Positions 1-13,395 of a DNA stretch of 64,000 nucleotides are shown here, piece after piece. The translations under genes were made by a program, and so were the position numbers. The notes beneath the pieces were generated by a model. The model had not been told where the DNA came from and did not search any database. It was given only the letters and a program-made list of their open reading frames with translations. The stretch is from Antedon mediterranea (Eukaryota > Animalia > Echinodermata), in NCBI RefSeq assembly GCF_964355755.1, contig NC_092674.1, forward strand, positions 14,322,001 through 14,386,000, given 5' to 3'. Numbering within the stretch: the stretch's first letter is position 1; each line of letters begins with the position of its first letter.

Positions 1-1980
1 TATGGTAAAAGCATTTCCTAATAAGTATAATTGAATAACCAATCGGTTTTCTTCAAAGAAACCGAAGCTAATACAATACATTCGGCGACTGAAGTCGGGA
101 CTCGTGAAATTTATAAATGTGGTACGATTTGACTACTGTTTTGTTGTCCATTTTCTGAATAGTCGGAGGTGCATCCCAACAAATTAAAAAAATTGTAATC
201 AATTGTTTTATCAAGAATAATATTAGTTTAATCGAGTATGATATATTTCTATCCTGTTCAAAATGTGTTGGTGTATTCTCAGGCCTCGAAAGGTAGGTAC
301 ATTTTCTAGCTGTGAGCGTGGTTTCGGCAACGCGAGACACGTGTGTCAGTATAGGCGATAGCGAGACGTGTGTTGGTACTGTGTTGATGCTGATCCGATA
401 GTCGTTAAGTTGTACTGATTACGAGTATCATTGGTCCTGGCCGGCCTAGCCTGGTGATCTGATCCCCCCCCAAAAAATACTTTTTTTCAATCAGTATTAA
501 TATTATTATTTTATTTTTCATTTATTATTTGATTTATTAGGCTCAATAGATGCCTAGCTAGGCTACTAGTAGGCCTAGATTATATAAATAATAATAGTAA
601 ATACTGTAATTTAATTAATAAAAATACAGCTTCCATTTGCCTTACTTTTATGTCATCATATAATATTATAATTATATATACAACCAGACATTAACATTTT
701 TTTTAAATAATATTTATTATTTTTTCTGACACTTTCAGGAATCGTTGATGATGCAGAGTTCTTTGTCTTTGTGACTTCAAACTGAGAGTGAAGTGGATAA
801 AAAGATGACACCTGTACCTACCGACATTGTCATACCCAAACTATAATTTAATTATTTAAAACAAAATGTTGAATTACAAATATATATGTATGTTGCAGAG
901 GATTTAGATGAATTACAATACAAATATTTATGTTGAATGCAAACCTACTACACTATACTCTGTAAATGATGTTATTGTCATGTGGTAGACCTTAAAAATT
1001 GAATATTTATTGTATGTTAGGCCTATTTTATATTTTATTAATACTGTATTAGTTTAATATTACTATTAATTTATATTATACAGTACTAGGCCCCTAGGCC
1101 TAGTTTGTACATGTTTTTACCCCAAAAAAATGAATAAATAATTTGTTATTCAATCTAATTGCTTGTTTGTTCATCAATAACAAAACAATTGTAAGCAAGT
1201 ATATAACAGTTCTTGTTAGCCGCTTATTTCAGGTCATATTATTAATATTAGCTAGGCCCGACGCGCCCGATCACAACGTCACTAAGTGACTTTCCGCCCC
1301 TGGAACAATCGCTCGCTAATAGGGCTAGGCCTCGGACTTGTATAAAAGCTATTATAATAGTTATGATAAATATTCCTCAACTAAAATGTTTACTGTGATA
1401 AATAAACAAGTAATAATATACGTTGTATTGGAATGTATTTATTTATATGAATTCTTATACGCGGACAATTATAAACATCGCGTATATCGTTCGCTATAAA
1501 TAAATTCATAAACACGATGACGATGTGTTTACAAAATGGCGGTTTCGCTAGTTTTCGATGGAACAAATAGTGGTACCTTTAGTTTGAATAGTCGGAGCTG
1601 CATCCCAACCACCGAATTTTGTATCTTAATATCGTATTCTGTAGATTATTAATTTTTCTAACAGGGATTTTAAATTCAGGACTGTTCAATTTTTCTAAAT
1701 ATTTTATTTTAATGATTTTCTAGGGTACAATTTCGGAAAAAAGACATTGGTTGATTTTGCCGTTAAATTACAGATTATCGTTTTGTTCAAATACATTTAA
1801 TTTTACATGACAATATATTAAAACCATTTATGAATTTATTTCACTAACAAAATTTTTCCGATAATCAACTAAATTTACAAATATTGTGTTTTTCCAACAC
1901 CCTAAAATTTAGCCATTTTGAACTAAACTAGAAAAGTAGGGCGCCCTCTCCGAGTCGAAATTTGACACGATTTGTCGACT
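1..1980. mobile_element. Probable non-coding DNA-transposon segment truncating the Gypsy pol on its 5' side
   Basis: 25-bp direct repeat TGAATAGTCGGAG(G/C)TGCATCCCAAC at 156-180 and 1585-1609; Gypsy homology starts abruptly near 1980; the other end is outside the window. Confidence 0.35.
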
Positions 1981-4900
1981 GGCTGTCCCACTGTAGTGAC
2001 ACATGAAATTAAGACTAGTGGTGAAATGCCTATAAGGCATAGGGCATATAGAACGCCCCAAGCATTAAAGGGTAAATTGAAAGAGGAATTAGATAGTATG
2101 TTGGCTATGGGTATAATAGAACCTACTGTTAGTGCCTATGCTGCACCTATTATTGCCCTGAAGAAAGGCCAGAATCAAATTAGAATGGTGACAGATTTTA
2201 GATCACTAAATAAGACTACACAATTTGACCCTTATGTTATGCCTCGCATAGACGAAATGTTGGATGAGGTATCATCCGCAATATACATAACTACGTTAGA
2301 TCTAACTAAAGGATTTTACCAGGTGCCTCTGGATCCTAAGACCAAAGACAAATCAGCATTTATTACACAATTTGGACAGTATTGTTACAATGTACTTCCA
2401 TTTGGTATGCAAAATAGCTCTAGTACTTTCCAAAGATTAATGGATAAGGTATTACAAGGTACTGAGGGATATGCTAAGGCATATATAGATGACATATGTA
2501 TTTATAGTCAAACTTGGAAAGATCATATTTTTCATTTGAATGATGTATTAGAAAGATTAAGTAGTGCTGGATTGACAGCAAAGCCTTTGAAATGTAAAAT
2601 TGCCTATGCACAGGTAGAATTTCTGGGGCATAAGATTGGTAATGGAGAAATTAGACCCATGATTGATAAGGTTGAGGCTGTGGAAAAGTTCCCCAGACCT
2701 TTGTCTAAGAAACAAGTCCGATCATTTCTCGGATTAACTGGCTATTACAGAAAATTTGTACAGAACTATGCCGATATTGCTAAGCCATTGATTGATTTAA
2801 CTTTAAAGAGTAAAAGTAATACCTTTAAGTGGAATGAACAATGTGAAGGGCAATTCCATGGTCACTCGCATTACACATTACAGTCATTTTTGTTAGTCTA
2901 GGATTTGTACTTTCTATACTAATTGGATTTTTAAGTCAATGTTTTATATGAACATACTTTAGGTGCAAGTCTTTAATAAAATACTATAAAAAAAATTGTA
3001 TGTCTTTTACTTCGACAATGACGCCATTGCGAAATTCTGTCACACGCATTACACAAAAAGGACACAACAAAAATTTGATTAGATTTGATAAGAACGTGTC
3101 CTTAAACTAAAAATATATAAATCAAAAGATCTTATATTTTTAATTACTGTACTTTTAAAGTATAAAATAGGATAATAAAAAAATTCAACATTACATAGAT
3201 TTTAAAAATATTTTACATTTTAACAAAAAAGTCCCGTCACTCGCATTACTGTCACTCGCATTCCCGTAAGAAGTGAACTTAGTATTTACTAAGCAAAGCA
3301 GAAAGAAAAGTAGACAATAATTAAATAATGCAACATTAAACCACTCAAAGAATGTTATATCAATTTTCAAGTAAAAACTTTTATTTCAACTCATTTGGAT
3401 GAAGTTCTAGAGGACATCATCTATTTTTAACACTAACAGAATATCTTGATTTTTTACAAACACAGTAACAGAACACTTATACGGTCACTAAAAATGAAAA
3501 TAGAAAATTCAAACAGCCATTTTACAAATTATGGAACTCAAAGTTCTTCGCAAACCAGCATCAAGCATTCTTTTTGCCCTGGTAGTGGCTTTAGCAAAGC
3601 CATAGCACTTCTAAAAGGTGATGGTCCGTCTGATGCCAAAGCAGCCTTCTTTGCTCTGAACTAATAGCCACACGTTTTCTATTAGCAACTTTAAGAGCAT
3701 CAATCTTCTGCTTCTTCAAAGCTGGTGGCAGAGCTAGAATTTTCTCTTTTCTTTTACTTTTTTACTTCTTTTCGAAATTTTATTTTGTTTGTTTCTGTAT
3801 GAGGTGTATTTTCCCTCGGCTTTCAGTTTTTCTAGGTACTTTCTCTGTCGTTTGGCCATTTCTAAAGGCAGGATGCAAATGTGAATGATATTTTAAAATT
3901 ATTTTTAAATAATAAGCAATTATATATTTTGTTTTTAAAACTACAATGCTTTAGACCTGGTGATGTAAAATATGCCTAGTAAATAATAATATATAAATAA
4001 TAATATATAAATTACTTATTATAGCCTAGGCCTATGCGGTGTTTTCAAATTATAGAATTTGAAATAATTAACACTAACAATATAAGAAAAAAAATTTTGA
4101 TTAAATATAAATGTATACTTATTCTTACCTTCCTTCTTATCTTCACAAAAAATTGTACCAAATTTGTTAAATCTCACCAGATTTAGTGTTTTTTATTTAA
4201 TGAGCTCTTATAATGATTGATTTTTCAAATGATTTAACTGCAAAAAGGTCGTTGCTAGGGATTGTGCCCTCAACAAACCTAATGCTATAATTATTATACT
4301 GTAGTGCCTCCAAATAAGGGCCAAATTACACATTGTATTATGAAATTAATGTATATACTAATTCTGGGACTAATTCATAACTAATGATAGATTAATTACT
4401 ATTTTACTTTACAAAAAAAAGAGTTGTGGTAATGTCACTCGCATTACATTGTCCATTTTTGAACGTCACTCGCATTACATGTCACTCGCATTTCACTTTT
4501 CAATGTCTCAACAATTTTGTATTTACGTGGATTTTTTATTTGTCAAATTTTAATTGTTCAAAGTAGTATAGCTAAATTATAAAATTTCATTAAAAAAAAT
4601 TATCATCATGATGGTATAAAAAAAAAAAATCATTTTTTTTGTCACTCGCATTACATACCCTAATATATAACAGAATATACACAGCACTCCTATATGGGAT
4701 ATTCAACATTTGTAGTTATATCATATTTTCCATACATCTTAAGTGTACTATTACTTAGACATGTTACTTTATAAATATTGCTTTGTTGGGAAAATAATAA
4801 TCAGTTAACGTAATTACCTATTTTTCACACCTAAAAAAAAATATATATTCAACATTGAATAAACGTAATTTTTTGGCTGCAAAAAGTCATAAATGAATTG

Positions 4901-5455
4901 AAAAAGTTAAAAACCTAGTTCCCACATATTCAAAGAGTAACATAAACACAAATTTTGAGCTGACTAATTAATTTGAATTTTTTTGGTCATGTCCATGTTT
5001 GCATGGAATTGCCCAGAAAATGCCTTTGTAACTTTAAAGAAACGTCTTACTGATGATAATGTATAAAAGCCCCACATTTTGATAAGATGTTTATATTGCA
5101 AACCGATGCCTCAAATTATGGCATAGGTGCAGTGCTGAGCCAAATAGATGGTGAGGGTAATGATTATCCTATTGTGTACTTAAGTAGAAAGTTATCTGTA
5201 CATGAGCAGAGATATTCTGTGCCAGAAAAAGAGTGCCTCTCTATTGTTTGGGCTATCAATAAACTTAAGTATTATCTGTATGGTTGTGAATTTCAAGTTC
5301 ATACTGACCACCAGGCATTGAGATGGATGGACTTAATGAAGGGTGCCAATGTTAGACTTATGAGATGGGCTCTGTTTTTACAAGGATATAAATTTAAAGT
5401 TATTTACAAGAAAGGATCACTAAATGGAAATGCAGATGGATTAAGCCGTGCATAA
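1981..5455 (+). mobile_element. Ty3/Gypsy LTR retrotransposon pol remnant (RT + RNase H), Gmr1-like domain order, interrupted at 2848-5014
   Basis: RT motifs LDLTKGFYQ, LPFGMQNS, YIDDI; RNase H motifs LQTDAS, EKECLSIVWA, TDHQAL, NADGLSRA*; removing the insert restores QCENAFVTLKKRL; 1-nt frameshift near 5063. Confidence 0.92.
2848..5014 (-). mobile_element. Sola2-like DNA transposon derivative inserted in the Gypsy RT-RNase H linker
   Basis: 13-bp perfect TIR GGGCAATTCCATG (2848-2860 / 5002-5014); 4-bp flanks TGAA/AGAA (1 mismatch); about 8 internal GTCACTCGCATT motifs; K-rich broken minus-strand ORF at about 3530-3860. The superfamily is inferred from GRG termini and a 4-bp TSD. Confidence 0.75.
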
Positions 5456-5556
5456 TAATATTATAGAGGTGTTATTAGTAGATAGTTTAAAGTAAAATGG
5501 TTTTAAATGTTAAATTTTTGGAAAGATTGACACAATCTTTTTCCCAAAAAGGGGAA

Positions 5557-5957
5557 TGTCATATTATTGATGTTGTGATTCTCTGTGTTTAGAGAAGGAT
5601 GCTTTAGACCAGGTCCGCCTTATTATTAGCCAATCAAAATTGTATAATTTTTGGAGGGAAAATGTTATCCTCCTCTGAAGCCTAAAATTTGCATATCCAG
5701 TATAAAAGTAGAATGTAATAGATATTAAGAAAAGAGAGAATAAGATCAAAGTAATTAAACGGAAAGATGATAAAGAGAATATTAAGGCTTGACTGGTAGT
5801 GGTAGAAAGATGTATTAATCGAATTACAAGGACTAAAAGTTCTAGTTGAGTTAAATATACTTTTTGTATGAGTTATCATTCAGTGACAGCTGTGTACGTT
5901 GCGTGGAAATATATACGCCTGAGAAAGCTCGGAACCAACTAAGATAAATTCACTACA
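5557..5957 (+). mobile_element. 3' LTR of the Gypsy element, preceded by a polypurine tract
   Basis: PPT AAAAAGGGGAA at 5546-5556 directly followed by TG; plausible end ...CACTACA at 5957 (right boundary approximate). Confidence 0.65.
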
Positions 5958-6250
5958 ATGAGAAAAAGCCGCCCCAACCCAGCTATCAATAAAGCTACAG
6001 TATAAACAGAATGAATAGACCATTATTGTAACCGGTCTGGGTATAGCATAGACCTACAGTACTCTACTCTAGGCCTAGTAAGATTAGCTAGAAGGATACA
6101 GGTCAACACGTACCCATGCCAACAACGTACCCAAATTTTGGTTTACTCATACCCAAAATGTTGGCCCACTCCTGCACATCATGGGCTGGCTCGTACTCAT
6201 CATGGGCTGGCCTGTACCCATGTTTAATGCTATTAAAAGTATATTTATAT

Positions 6251-7037
6251 TATGCGCGATTTAAACGATTTGCGCAATTTGAAATTGCGCAAAAAAATCC
6301 TTGCGCAATTTGAAATTGCGCAAAGAATTCTTGCGCAATTTAAAATTGCGCAAGGATTTTTTTGCGCAATTTCAAATTGCGCAATCAACTTGCGCAATTT
6401 CAAATTGCGCAAGAAAATCTTTGCGCAATTTTAAATTGCGCTGCACAATTTGTAAATTGCGCAAGATAGTTCTTGCGCAATATGACACCTTTGCGCAATT
6501 TGAAAAAACGAACTGTAAATTTTCCCATACATGGCTAGGCTAGGCCTAGGCAGAGGAGTTTAAAATTTAGTATTTTATTATATAAATAAGACCATTTCAA
6601 TGAAGATAATGTTTAATACTCACTTTTTAAGTTTTTAATATTAGTTTAAGCTAGGCCATGTAACCTAGTCAGTATCAGTAGTCCAGACCCTAGCTAGGCT
6701 AGAGTAGTATAGCCGGCCGCCCGCGCCGCGCCCGCCTGGTGGAACACCACCGCTTCGTTTTCCTTCGTCGGTTCTTCGACGGTATGCTAACTTATAACAA
6801 TATTTGCACTACTAAAATAAGGAAATGCGATATTTATCTTTAATTTTGAATCATTCTTAGAAATTACTATAAAAATATGGGTGTGCATGATTTCATAATC
6901 TGTCGAAAAACCTTGCGCAATTTGCAGATTACTTGCGCAATTTAATACGTTGCTTGCGCAATTTGAAACACATGTTTCAATTCAAATTTTTTTTGCGCAA
7001 TTTTCTAATTGCGCAAATCGTTCAAATCGCGCATAAC
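6251..7037. mobile_element. Foldback/MITE-like element built from TTGCGCAA palindromes
   Basis: About 30-bp TIR TATGCGCGATTT(A/G)AACGATTTGCGCAATT; flanking direct repeat ATTTATAT(T) at 6243 and 7038; nested in an older CAACTCGTACC-repeat element (about 6100-7150). Confidence 0.75.
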
Positions 7038-8076
7038 ATTTATATTACATACGGGTTGGTTTGGGTACGGGTTGACCAGGACACCCTAGCTAGAATACGG
7101 GTCAACTCGTACCAATGGCTGCCAACTCGTACCCATCAGGCATCATGGATGGGCTAGAATACTACTTACAAGTTAGGTTAGCCTATCTGGGCTAACCTAC
7201 CTCACCTCTCACATGTCCTGAAAGGTAGGCCGAAAATGCGACCGAAATTACTGAAGCCCAGCAACCAACCAACCAGGCCTACTTCATTTAAAATTAACTC
7301 TATAGGCCTAGGCTAGCTAGCCCTAGATAGATTAATTAGTGATCCGTAGTAGTGGGCTAACACCTTTGGCTCTACTACGAGGCCTTTTTATGCTCATAGG
7401 ATAGCTTTTTTGCGGCGTACCTAATCTAGGCCTATGCCTATCTAGGTCAGATTTCCCATTCTCGCAGGACTATAGCCTGTATGCTCTAGTAGGGCTAGTG
7501 GGTGTACCCGGGTCGACTCGTACCCATGCCAACTCGTACTTAACTTCCTACCCACCCCCTCATACCACCCAAATAATTGGTTGATTTCACGCTAGTAGGC
7601 CTAGCCTAGCTACGATATTCATTATACCCTGCTAAAAAGGTAGATGAGCTACTAAACTAATTACGTAATTCGTACAATAATTGACTAGGCCTAGGCCTTT
7701 CTTGCATGGCAACACCATAACCTGCTACTATTCTGGTTGCCGAGTGGATTTTATATTGAATATAGCCTATAACGTTACAAATTGTCTCCAGATAGGAACC
7801 TAATGACACAGCGATATCGTGTATTAAAAGTACTTAATACAGTCAGATAGGTCTCTGGTAGACTGTCGACAGTCTTTCACGTTGAGTGTACTAACAGCTA
7901 CAGAATCGGGTGTGAAAACTCTTACAGATACAATAACATTTCACTATAAATCTTTGATATCATGTGTATATAAACAACACTGGATGTGTTTACAATTGTC
8001 ATGTTACGGGAATACGGTTGAGTTTAATAGGAAACAAAGTTATAGGCGTCACTTTACTGATATCGTTTTTCTTTAA

Positions 8077-8553
8077 GATTTTCTTCAATTCTAATATAAT
8101 TAATACTGACAATTTATTTAATATTCGTAATCCACAACGTGTTACTCGTAGCTCTTCTTCTGTTGATACTCTTTTTGATATTCGTCGCTGCAGAACTGAA
8201 TCTTCTTTTTAATCATAATATCCCACGTGTTACCAGAATTTGGAATAACTTACACAGTGAAATCCGATCAACTTAAATATTTCTGTTAGTTCTTTTAAAA
8301 CCAAATTACTTAATTATCTCAATATTTAGTTTTTAAATAATTTTGATATTGAAAATGTGTGTAGTTGGTCGCTTTCTTGTAGATGCTTTAATTGTAGAAC
8401 GTATTTTTTTTTTTTTTTCTTATATTTTTCTGTTCTGGGTTGACCAACTAGCATAGGTGTTTAGCACCTGTTTGGTCTTTCCGTGCTTCCTTTTATAATG
8501 TTTTTATCTTCTTTGTTATGTATGTCAGAAATTTAATAAATAAATAAATAAAT
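8077..8553 (+). mobile_element. 5'-truncated CR1/L2-group LINE 3' end
   Basis: Degenerate C-terminus (...RRCRTES...VTRIWNNL...SFKTKL) and (TAAA)n tail at 8535-8553. Confidence 0.65.
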
Positions 8554-9651
8554 ACACAGTATGTATTCAATTATCTCAACACAAATACCAATTAAAATTC
8601 AACATTACTTAGTTTATCAATATTGGGGTTGTATATTCATATGAAGTAATAATATTAACCACATTTTCTGGAAAAAAGCAATGGATTTGATACTGCATGA
8701 CATTTTTTTCTGTTATTAACCATAATAATTAATAGGAAATAAAAATAAAATGTCAACTATTGCTATATTTTGGGGTTAAAGGTCACCAAATACAGGCCAA
8801 AAATACAAAAAAAATCATATTTTTAAAATAAAACCATTATAATAGTTTAGATTCACGGTGATTCTAGAAACAGCAGCGAATTTATCAAAACTGTTGTTTT
8901 TGCTCTTTTAAATTGAAATTTCCCAGTTTCCATGGTTACAAGACACTATTAAAATTTACCAAACATAACATTATTAGTCGATTTATATTTAAGATGTCTT
9001 CTTCCTAAACAATATTAAAAAGTTTGGATTGCCAAATTTACAATTTTTGAACTTTTGGCACGAATTGATTCTGTCCCACTGTGCCATGGGCCAAGAGCTA
9101 TTCCTTTATTATTCTATTTTTTTTAATCGGTAATCGTGACCCTTTATAACTTGTTGTTGTATATGATGTGCCAGCGGGCTACGTTCTAGACATTGGAATA
9201 GTAAACAACTAAATAAAAGTGACATTGGGTAGACTTGTAAATGGTAGTTGCGAATGAATTGCCGTTTCTTACAAAGGGAGCATACCGCCTCTCCAAACTA
9301 CGTATTTTGGTACCTGGATGTGTATAGCATAGCCCCCGGATGTCGACTCGTGAACTGGGCCAACTTCTAAATATATTTACTCTATAAATATTTCTTACAG
9401 AGGGACACCGCCAGATTAAGTGCGTCCTATCACTAATAAGTAACTTGATTCAGATTTTGGTACTTCTAACTACAGGACAGATATTGACGCGTAAACCACA
9501 ATGAAAATGAGTTTTACTGTAATATTAAATATATTTGTTACTAGAAATTAATTTGATAAAACATATTCTACAAAATTAGTAGACCTAATCGTTTTCCCCT
9601 AATAAATTAAGGGGATGGGGACAAGTGTTTGTTTATTAGTGAATCAATAAG

Positions 9652-9851
9652 GCATTTAGTTAAAATGCAGACCGTCTTAAATTACTTGACATGTTCCGAT
9701 AAATATATTCTCATCATCAGAACTGTAATCTAAGCCTAGAGTACTTGTATACGTACAAAGTTGCGTTTAAATGAGTCAATAATTAGCATGAGCATAGATT
9801 TATAGAAACATGTCACGTAATTTTAAGACGGTCCACATTTTCATTAAGTGC
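9652..9851. mobile_element. Small MITE-like inverted-repeat element
   Basis: About 45-bp imperfect TIRs (AAAATG..GACCGTCTTAAATTAC.TGACATGTT). Confidence 0.55.
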
Positions 9852-11769
9852 ATTATGATATTATTGATTATCAATTGTAATTTGGTGGTATTATACATGA
9901 TGTGCCTGTTTATGTACAGTGAAATAGCTTATTTTAGTATCCTATAGTAATATTATTTTCTATATAAGAGAATATGGTATTTCAAATCAGGTACAAAAGC
10001 CGACGATCCAAGCGAATTACATGTTTAACAAAAAACTCATTTGTTATTTTCAAAACACATTGCAAATCGGCGAGGTCCGATGGCATTCGTGACTTCCGGA
10101 ACAAGGCAACACAAATGAAAAACGAAAATGGCATGTTGTGTTTTCTGTAGGCCTATACAGTAATTAGTTTCTCAGAAACCACCATTGACAGTAGCAGAAT
10201 TGGGTGTTTATTTCAAGCTCACATAAACGGGCAAAGAAATCCTCGTTATTAAAAAAACCCCATTATTTAAGCTTATTCACTATAGTATATTTAAATTATC
10301 TACTTATTAATGTATTTATATATTGTTTTCTCTTTTTACTTGGTTAGATAAAACATGTTACCGAGAAACGGAAAACATTCTAGTTGAAATTGTTGTTTAT
10401 GTTAATTATACCCACAGATTAAACTTGCATTTTCTTTATACTTAATTAGGTACTCTTTTCGTACTGTTGGGAATTGATAAATATTTCAGTTCAATTATTT
10501 TCCAAAATAGTGGTACACAACAATGAAAGAAAATGAGAAAACAACATTTTTGTTACGTTCTTGTCATTAGAAATATTATAGCGACTGAAGTGAACTTCGA
10601 AAATGCCGGTCAGATATACAAAAAAAGTTACAAGGAATAAATTAGCAATTGTCAACTGCATACTCATCCATCAAACTAGCCGCCATCGAGAAAATATTCA
10701 ATTCCATGAATCTTATGAGGGTTATTTTTTTAGGAACAATGGTACGTGTTTTATTTGTTTTGGCAATTAATGCAATTAAAGCGTAATTAATTCGTCATAT
10801 TCCATTTGGAATACTACGTCCTGTAAAATGAATGTAGAATGTTCAGATTTGTTAATTTAAAATTATATTATATACAGAATTGTATATTATTAAAAATGTT
10901 CGGGTGGCTTCCATGCATGCGGCTTTTGGCCTTAATGAAAGTCCTTTTGTATATTTTTTGCCTTGTATTATTTTTGTATGGATCAAATAAACTGACTTGT
11001 GTGACTGGTATCTCGCCGCCTTTCCACGTATCATTTTATCGCATTCCATCATATTACTATTGAAACCGAATTTAAACATTTTAACAAGCTTTTTGTGATG
11101 GTCACAAAATGCTAAGATACATTAAAAGAACGCTCATCGCCAGATCTATGTATAGTAATCAGAAATATTCAAACAAAAATGATGTTGTTGTGATGTTGGT
11201 GGTGGGTGTTAGTAGGTGTGGCGGCGTTCATTCGGGGAGGCATTTGTTGGTAACATTTTGTAATAAAATGATTCCCCTAGATATGAACAAGTACAACACC
11301 GTATTTGATATTATCAAGAAGTGATAACAGCTAAAAGTTGTATGAAAATGCTTGGTAAATAAATATGATATAGCAGTCAATGAATTATTCAACAAGTATA
11401 ATTGTGTTTGTTTATAATACAATATTGTGTGTATAAATGTACGGCGGGGCGTTTATTAGAGGGTGGAGGCTTGATATTTCAAAGATGTTTTTTTGGGGAG
11501 GGGGCTTTTATTCAAATAAATGCGGTAGGCTTAATTGGTATAATCAATACATTATTTAGTTCAAATCAAACACCAAATAATGAAAATCATCAGTGAACTG
11601 TTTCGGCATAAGGAAAACGTTCTAAACGGCTTGCAACATTGGTTAAACCACACCGTGTCTCAATGGCGATACAGTACATGCAGAGTATCAGAACGTACCA
11701 GTTCCAGAAACGGATGAAATACGAATTTAATTAAGTATTAAAGCAAACATAACAACGGACGATGATTAA

Positions 11770-12512
11770 TTGATAGTTGTCCCACTACACAAATACAAGG
11801 ACCGGGAAAATCCAGCAAACTATCGCCCAATTACTCTATTAACCATTTTTGTTAAAATATTTGAAAGAGATTGGGTAGAATAAAAGAATGGGTAGAAATG
11901 AAACAAATTATATCAGAGGAACGGGCGGGCTTTAGGAATAAGTATAGTACGATTGATAATGCTTTTATACTTCAAACTATAATCAATAAAGCATTACAAA
12001 AAAAAAGGAAAACGCTATAGTGTGTTTGTAGATTTTAAACAGGCTTTTGATCGTGTGGATAGATCAATTTTAATAAATTAAATAAGTTAAACCTTCTTGT
12101 AAATTTAATTGAACTCTTGATATCTATGTACACGAACACTGAAATAAAAATGAAAACGCTGCATGGTTTAACAGATGCAATATAATGTAGTATAGGATTA
12201 AACCAAGGATGTCTCCTCTCTCCACTTCTTTTCACTTTTTTTATATGATTTTAAAGACATTTTAAAGACGAAAAATAAACACTACTGTTTAATAGATAAC
12301 AATGTACTTTCACACCTATTATTTGCAGATGATCTAGTTTTGTTTTCCTATTCTAAAGTTGGTCAACAAAAGCAAATAAATTGTCTTGTAAAATATTGCA
12401 ATGCAATGCAATGTAAATAAGTTAGAAATAAATAAGTTAAAAACTAAAGCGTATGGTGTTCCGAAATGGTGGGGATGAAAAATTGTACATAAATGATGTC
12501 AATATAGAAATA
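11770..12512 (+). mobile_element. Degenerate non-LTR RT fragment (RTEX-like), copy 1
   Basis: NYRPITLL, GFRNKYSTIDN, FVDFKQAFD, QGCLLSPLLF and LFADDL motifs across frameshifts; near-identical to 20590-21330. Confidence 0.75.
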
Positions 12513-12544
12513 GTATAACTATAATATATATATATATATATAAC

Positions 12545-13010
12545 TCAAATAAATTACAGAGAATAATAAAAATGGCTAAGAAGGTAATAGGTGCAAACGT
12601 CCCATCTATCCATGATATATGCGATAAGGTTATGGAGAAAAAAACTAAAATGTATAATTAACGACCAGTCTCATCCTCTTTTTAACTTTATAAATTTCAG
12701 TAGATCCGGAAGGATGATTCCTTCAATTAAGAAGACTGAGCGTCATAATAAATCATTTCTTCCGTGTGCAATCAGGCAATACAACAAGCAATTTAAAAGA
12801 TAACTTGAGACATTTTATATTTTATTCTTTATAAAGTATTTTAATATTTATACTGTTCATAATGTTTTATACATAGCATATTTTCTTATATATTATCTTA
12901 TCCATTGTATAGTATTGTATGTTGTTATTTTTATTGTAATTTGAACCTTGGAAGGCAAATTTCATTTACTGTGTATTTGACAATAAATTTTAACTTGAAC
13001 TTGAACTTGA
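12545..13010 (+). mobile_element. Rex1/Babar-like LINE 3' end inserted about 30 bp from the E1 donor
   Basis: IINDQSHPLF...SGR...KTERHNKSFLPCAIR C-terminus; AATAAA followed by (AACTTG)3 tail. Confidence 0.75.
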
Positions 13011-13039
13011 ATATTATTATTAATGTGTGTAACACTTAC

Positions 13040-13138
13040 TTTGGCCTGAAGATCCAATTTAGCACCTTCCTTGAGCAAAATAGTGCAAACATCTGTGTGG
13101 CCGTTTTGTGCAGCCAAATGTAAATGTGACCACCCATC
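13040..13138 (-). CDS. Single-ankyrin-repeat exon E1, the most 3' found (DGWSHLHLAAQNGHTDVCTILLKEGAKLDLQAK)
   Basis: 99 bp with canonical AG/GT boundaries, phase 0-0; lies inside ORF 12962..13156(-); 4 nt differences from E4. Confidence 0.88.
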
Positions 13139-13395
13139 CTGAAATATTACAAACATTATGTTATAGTAATTTTTCTCTAAACAAACTATTATAATATTGT
13201 CCTGAAATCAATACGATGTGATCAATTAAAAATGACGTTATAGATTTAAATAATGCTACATTATTAAATTAAATACGTATACATTTGTCTTTCTTGTATA
13301 ATATTTTTATATAAGTGCTTTATAAATGTATAAAACAAATAAGTGGGGTTTTTTTTGCCTAAAAAGTAAACACTTCATCCGATAGTGCTAACTAG

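Noticed and set aside
6252-6543. ORFs with LRNLKLRK repeats as an LRR protein or a CRISPR-like array
   Set aside because: These are translations of TTGCGCAA palindromes; there are no unique spacers, no cas genes, and the context is eukaryotic.
520-7700. Frequent TAGGCCTA / CTAGGCCTAG palindromes as a regulatory array
   Set aside because: Scattered without spacing regularity throughout the window; probably a genome-wide compositional feature.
12962-13156. Stand-alone small ankyrin ORFs (also 16647..16859)
   Set aside because: Sequence outside the 99-bp core is intronic (MFVIFQ is the acceptor tract, VSVT is the GTAAGT donor).
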